Positions 61,075-64,000 of a DNA stretch of 64,000 nucleotides are shown here, one piece after another. The stretch is from Penicillus capitatus (taxonomy: Eukaryota > Plantae > Chlorophyta). The position numbers and the translations under genes were made by a program. Each line of letters begins with the position of its first letter. Position 1 is the stretch's first letter. The stretch lies in contig OZ287711.1 of NCBI GenBank assembly GCA_965649825.1, forward strand, positions 107,201 through 171,200, in the 5' to 3' direction. Below the pieces are notes generated by a model. That model saw only the letters and a list, made by a program, of their open reading frames with translations. It made no database searches and was not told the DNA's origin.

Positions 61075-61391
61075 TCAATTCATTGATCGTTATTCGTTCA
61101 CCTCGAAAAAGCTGTTGCTCTCGCGCACGTGTCGAAAGAACTGAGTTGGTTGCTGCTGATTTAATTTGACCCGTGAAGAATTTGCTGGAATTCTCTGGCT
61201 GGCATGCGTCGAGGACGGAGACGAACGGGACGATTCCTTAGCCTCTTCGTTGCATGACGTCGGTGGTCTGGTCTCTGGCACCCTCTGCGATCCTTCGAGC
61301 GAAAGGGGAAGGGATGCAACGATGGCGGCGCCGCCACAGCTCCTTTAAATCGCGTCTCCACGTCACATCACGGCAACGAGCGGTGCGTCCG

Positions 61392-62146
61392 TCAGGTCAT
61401 ATCATCTGAGAAGCACGAACCGAAGGAAGAGTACGTCTCAATAGCCAACGATAGCGCCTCGCAGAAGCGTCGGACTACTTCCCGCGTGTCTTCGTCGATC
61501 GCATGGTCTCCCACTTTCCTAAGCCGGACGCGAAGTTGATGAAGGAATCGTGACTGTGTGTACGGCGTACCAGATTTCGAGTTGCTTTCCATCAAGCATC
61601 ACCACGCGACCTTCCTCTACGGGGAATTTGTCTTCGCCGATGCCGACGAACTCGTGCTTCTCCACACGCTCGTGATCCATGTAGACGCCAATTTGGCACA
61701 CCGTTACCCCTGCGCATGGCGTTCGAGAGATAGACTGTTGGCAGGATGAAGCAAGCGGAGCGACCGTCTCTCAGGATGTAGGCATCGAACCCCCAGAGCT
61801 CAGACTCGCCGTCCGCCGCGTTCGGATCCTTGAGGGTGGGCTGGATGTCAATCGGCGCTCCGAAATTCTGCAAGCCATTGGCCTCAGCTTCGATCTTAGC
61901 CCAGCGATAGAGTTGAAGCGTAAAGTCTTCCCTGGGGAAAACAAGAGGGATCTCGCTGCTCGCAATCAGCTTGCGATTTGCCGTTTCGCTGGCACAGCAG
62001 ACGAAGGACGGACGTCCGCGGCGCTGACGAAGTCGACCGAGCGCAGTCGGGCACGTCCAGGTCACACCGGGCCTGACGGCGCTGGATAAAGCAATCGGAC
62101 GTCCGGCATAGGGCGAACGACCGGTTCGCGCAGAAATGGACGCCAT
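61392..62146 (-). CDS. conserved hypothetical chloroplast-targeted protein
   Basis: Arg/Ser-rich transit peptide, then LYRWAKIEA, WGFDAYILRDG, KHEFVGIG and FGSCFSDD. Consistent GT-AG introns; no function recognised. Confidence 0.7.
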
Positions 62147-64000
62147 CTTCAAAGCTCCGTATGCCGTACTTTGATCGCTGCCTTCCTCGGCTGCTTGTCA
62201 CGTCGGCCATCTGCAGCCAAAAATCAGGACGTCTTGGCGTCTGTTTCGCTGCACCAGCAGCACCTCCCTCAGGACGCGCCCATTCTCCGGAAAGAGTTCC
62301 TCGACTGGAGAATCTGCTGGAGAATCTATCCGAACAGAGAATGTGCGGGACGCAACGCAGTTACCGAGTCAGAGGACGACATCCAGGATACTATAAGAGT
62401 GTTGCGGGCGAGAAGACCTGCGAGGAGACGATTGACTTGGCGTGAGTGTGCTTTCTTCGATTCTGTTGACAAGCCCCGCCGTATTTCATCTAGTCGATGG
62501 CTCGCTTTGCCACACGTTACGTGTCCAAACGCCGACCTTTCTCTAGGGCGTAGAACTTCAAAAAGGGAACAACAACTTCTCAACAAAGAGGCCGAGTAAG
62601 GGCTGCCATGCAAAGACATGATGTTCTACGACACATCCTTTTTCTCGCGATGGACTAATAATGCATACGCTAACGAAGCTCACGACGAGAAGTGCGCGAT
62701 CGTATGTGTTCGCAGTTGAATCTCATTTACAACGTCGTTTGATTTACCCAGTTTTTGCTTTCGTCTTCGACCGAGTGCAAAAAAAAGCGAGGCAAAAGGG
62801 ACCGCTCGGTTCTGTGCTAGAAAGCGCAGGCAAGACGTGGCTCAGCCCCGTTGGTTGAATCTGAATGTTGCGAGAGAACTAGCAATGGAATGTGGCGTGC
62901 CCACCGTATAATCCGCACCTCTTCGCACAACGTCGTCGATGAATTCGAAGCAGAAATACCAGTTACGCGCGCGAGATAATAAAGCATTTTGATACACGGG
63001 CTAGAGAGCTTTTTTGCAACTTAGACATTGCCATTCCACCCATTATGTCCTATCGCCGCTGTTCTTGATCGTCATCTCGGCCAGCCACATACCTCAACCC
63101 ATGTCTCATTCGAGCAACACATCTCAACAAAAACGCGTTAAATCACCAGATCTTGACCTCGAACCACGCGGACCCTCGACTCAGCTTCATCGCTACCCCG
63201 CCGCCGATCGCGACAAAGTTTCGATTGTCTAGTATGCGGGGGTAACGGACGAGAAGTTATTCTGTATTGTAGCGAAGGCTTGAAAGGGCTTCGTTTTTGG
63301 CATGCATCGGTATTATGGAGGTGATGGTTCTTCCGGATAAGAGGTATTTGGCAGACGTCTCTTCCACAAAATAAAACTCCGGGCTTTTTTGCTGATCCTT
63401 TTTGCTGTCCCGCCAAGCCTGTTTGTCTTGGGCGTGTTGCCTGCATTAACATAAGTTCGATCCATATAAATCGAACCGATTATATATAATGCCAATTTCT
63501 AAGTGTCAGACTAAATGAGCACAATGAAGGCATCCCGACCGTATAAGGGAAGTACATCAGAACCTCTAACACTATAAAAGAGGGATAATTGCGTTATTTA
63601 CGTCATTCTGTTTTAAGGTCTTTCGCTGATGCGCATGTTTGTTCATCAACAACGCGACACCAAGTTGCGTAAGTGCTTTCCGGCCTCTGCTCTCAACGAC
63701 CTTTTATCTCGCGCGCTTGAACTGTATTTCTTCTTCGGATTTGTCAAACGACGGTGTGCGAAGAGGTGTGAATTATACGGTGGGTACACCACACGCCACA
63801 TCTGGTTCTCTCATATCACTCAGATTCAACCAACCAGTAGACCTACGTCTCGCCTGCGCTTTCTAACACGGAACCGTTCGGTTCTTTGTTTGCTGGTCCT
63901 TGCACTCGATCGAAGGTGAAAGCAAAATTTGTATGGAACAAATGACATTACAATTCGGTTTCACATTGTCAAGCCGAGGAGCGAATGATTTGACTGATGG

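Noticed and set aside
62161-62599. Possible gene divergent from the conserved plastid protein (ATG only 14 nt away)
   Set aside because: Two competing frames, no recognisable family and no clear exon structure.
62826-62862. tRNA-like GTGGCTCAG...GGTTGAATC
   Set aside because: The boxes are far too close together and no cloverleaf can be formed.
1-64000. Non-canonical code (TAA/TAG = Gln) as in some ulvophytes
   Set aside because: Long conserved exons contain no in-frame TAA/TAG. Well-aligned genes end at TAA or TAG exactly where homologs end (MCCB, Hydin, bHLH), and the apparent internal stops are explained by introns.

Overview
This is eukaryotic nuclear DNA, almost certainly from a green alga. 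RAF1, chlorophyll b reductase, a phytepsin with a plant-specific insert and a plant IVc-type bHLH point to the green lineage, and Hydin implies a flagellated stage. The species cannot be identified from the sequence. The standard genetic code applies, and genes are broken by very short (~37-60 nt) spliceosomal introns, so the ORF track shows only exon fragments. I assembled the gene models by hand. The window has two compartments. (1) About 1-30.5 kb is AT-richer and gene-sparse, with local duplications. It holds a MATE transporter, BCKDH E1-beta, an AKAP7-like 2H phosphoesterase and a secreted protein with ten 8-Cys PAN/Apple domains. It also holds three secreted patatin-like lipases, each head-to-head with a decayed unknown spliced gene, plus stray copies of BCKDHB and PAN exons. 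(2) About 30.7-62.6 kb is GC-rich and extremely compact. It holds a bHLH, a shortened Hydin, a degenerate LarB/CpmA-like protein, a COX7a-like protein, NAGK, MCCB, RAF1, phytepsin, NOL, two Cys-rich GPI-like proteins, an ENT, an F-box/LRR protein and a conserved plastid protein. Divergent start codons here lie only 39-84 nt apart. The most striking unexplained signal is the 9-mer TGATGTGAC/GTCACATCA, found 23 times by eye in both orientations and mostly in introns and intergenic gaps. The patatin/PAN duplicated locus is the best candidate for an undescribed extracellular system.
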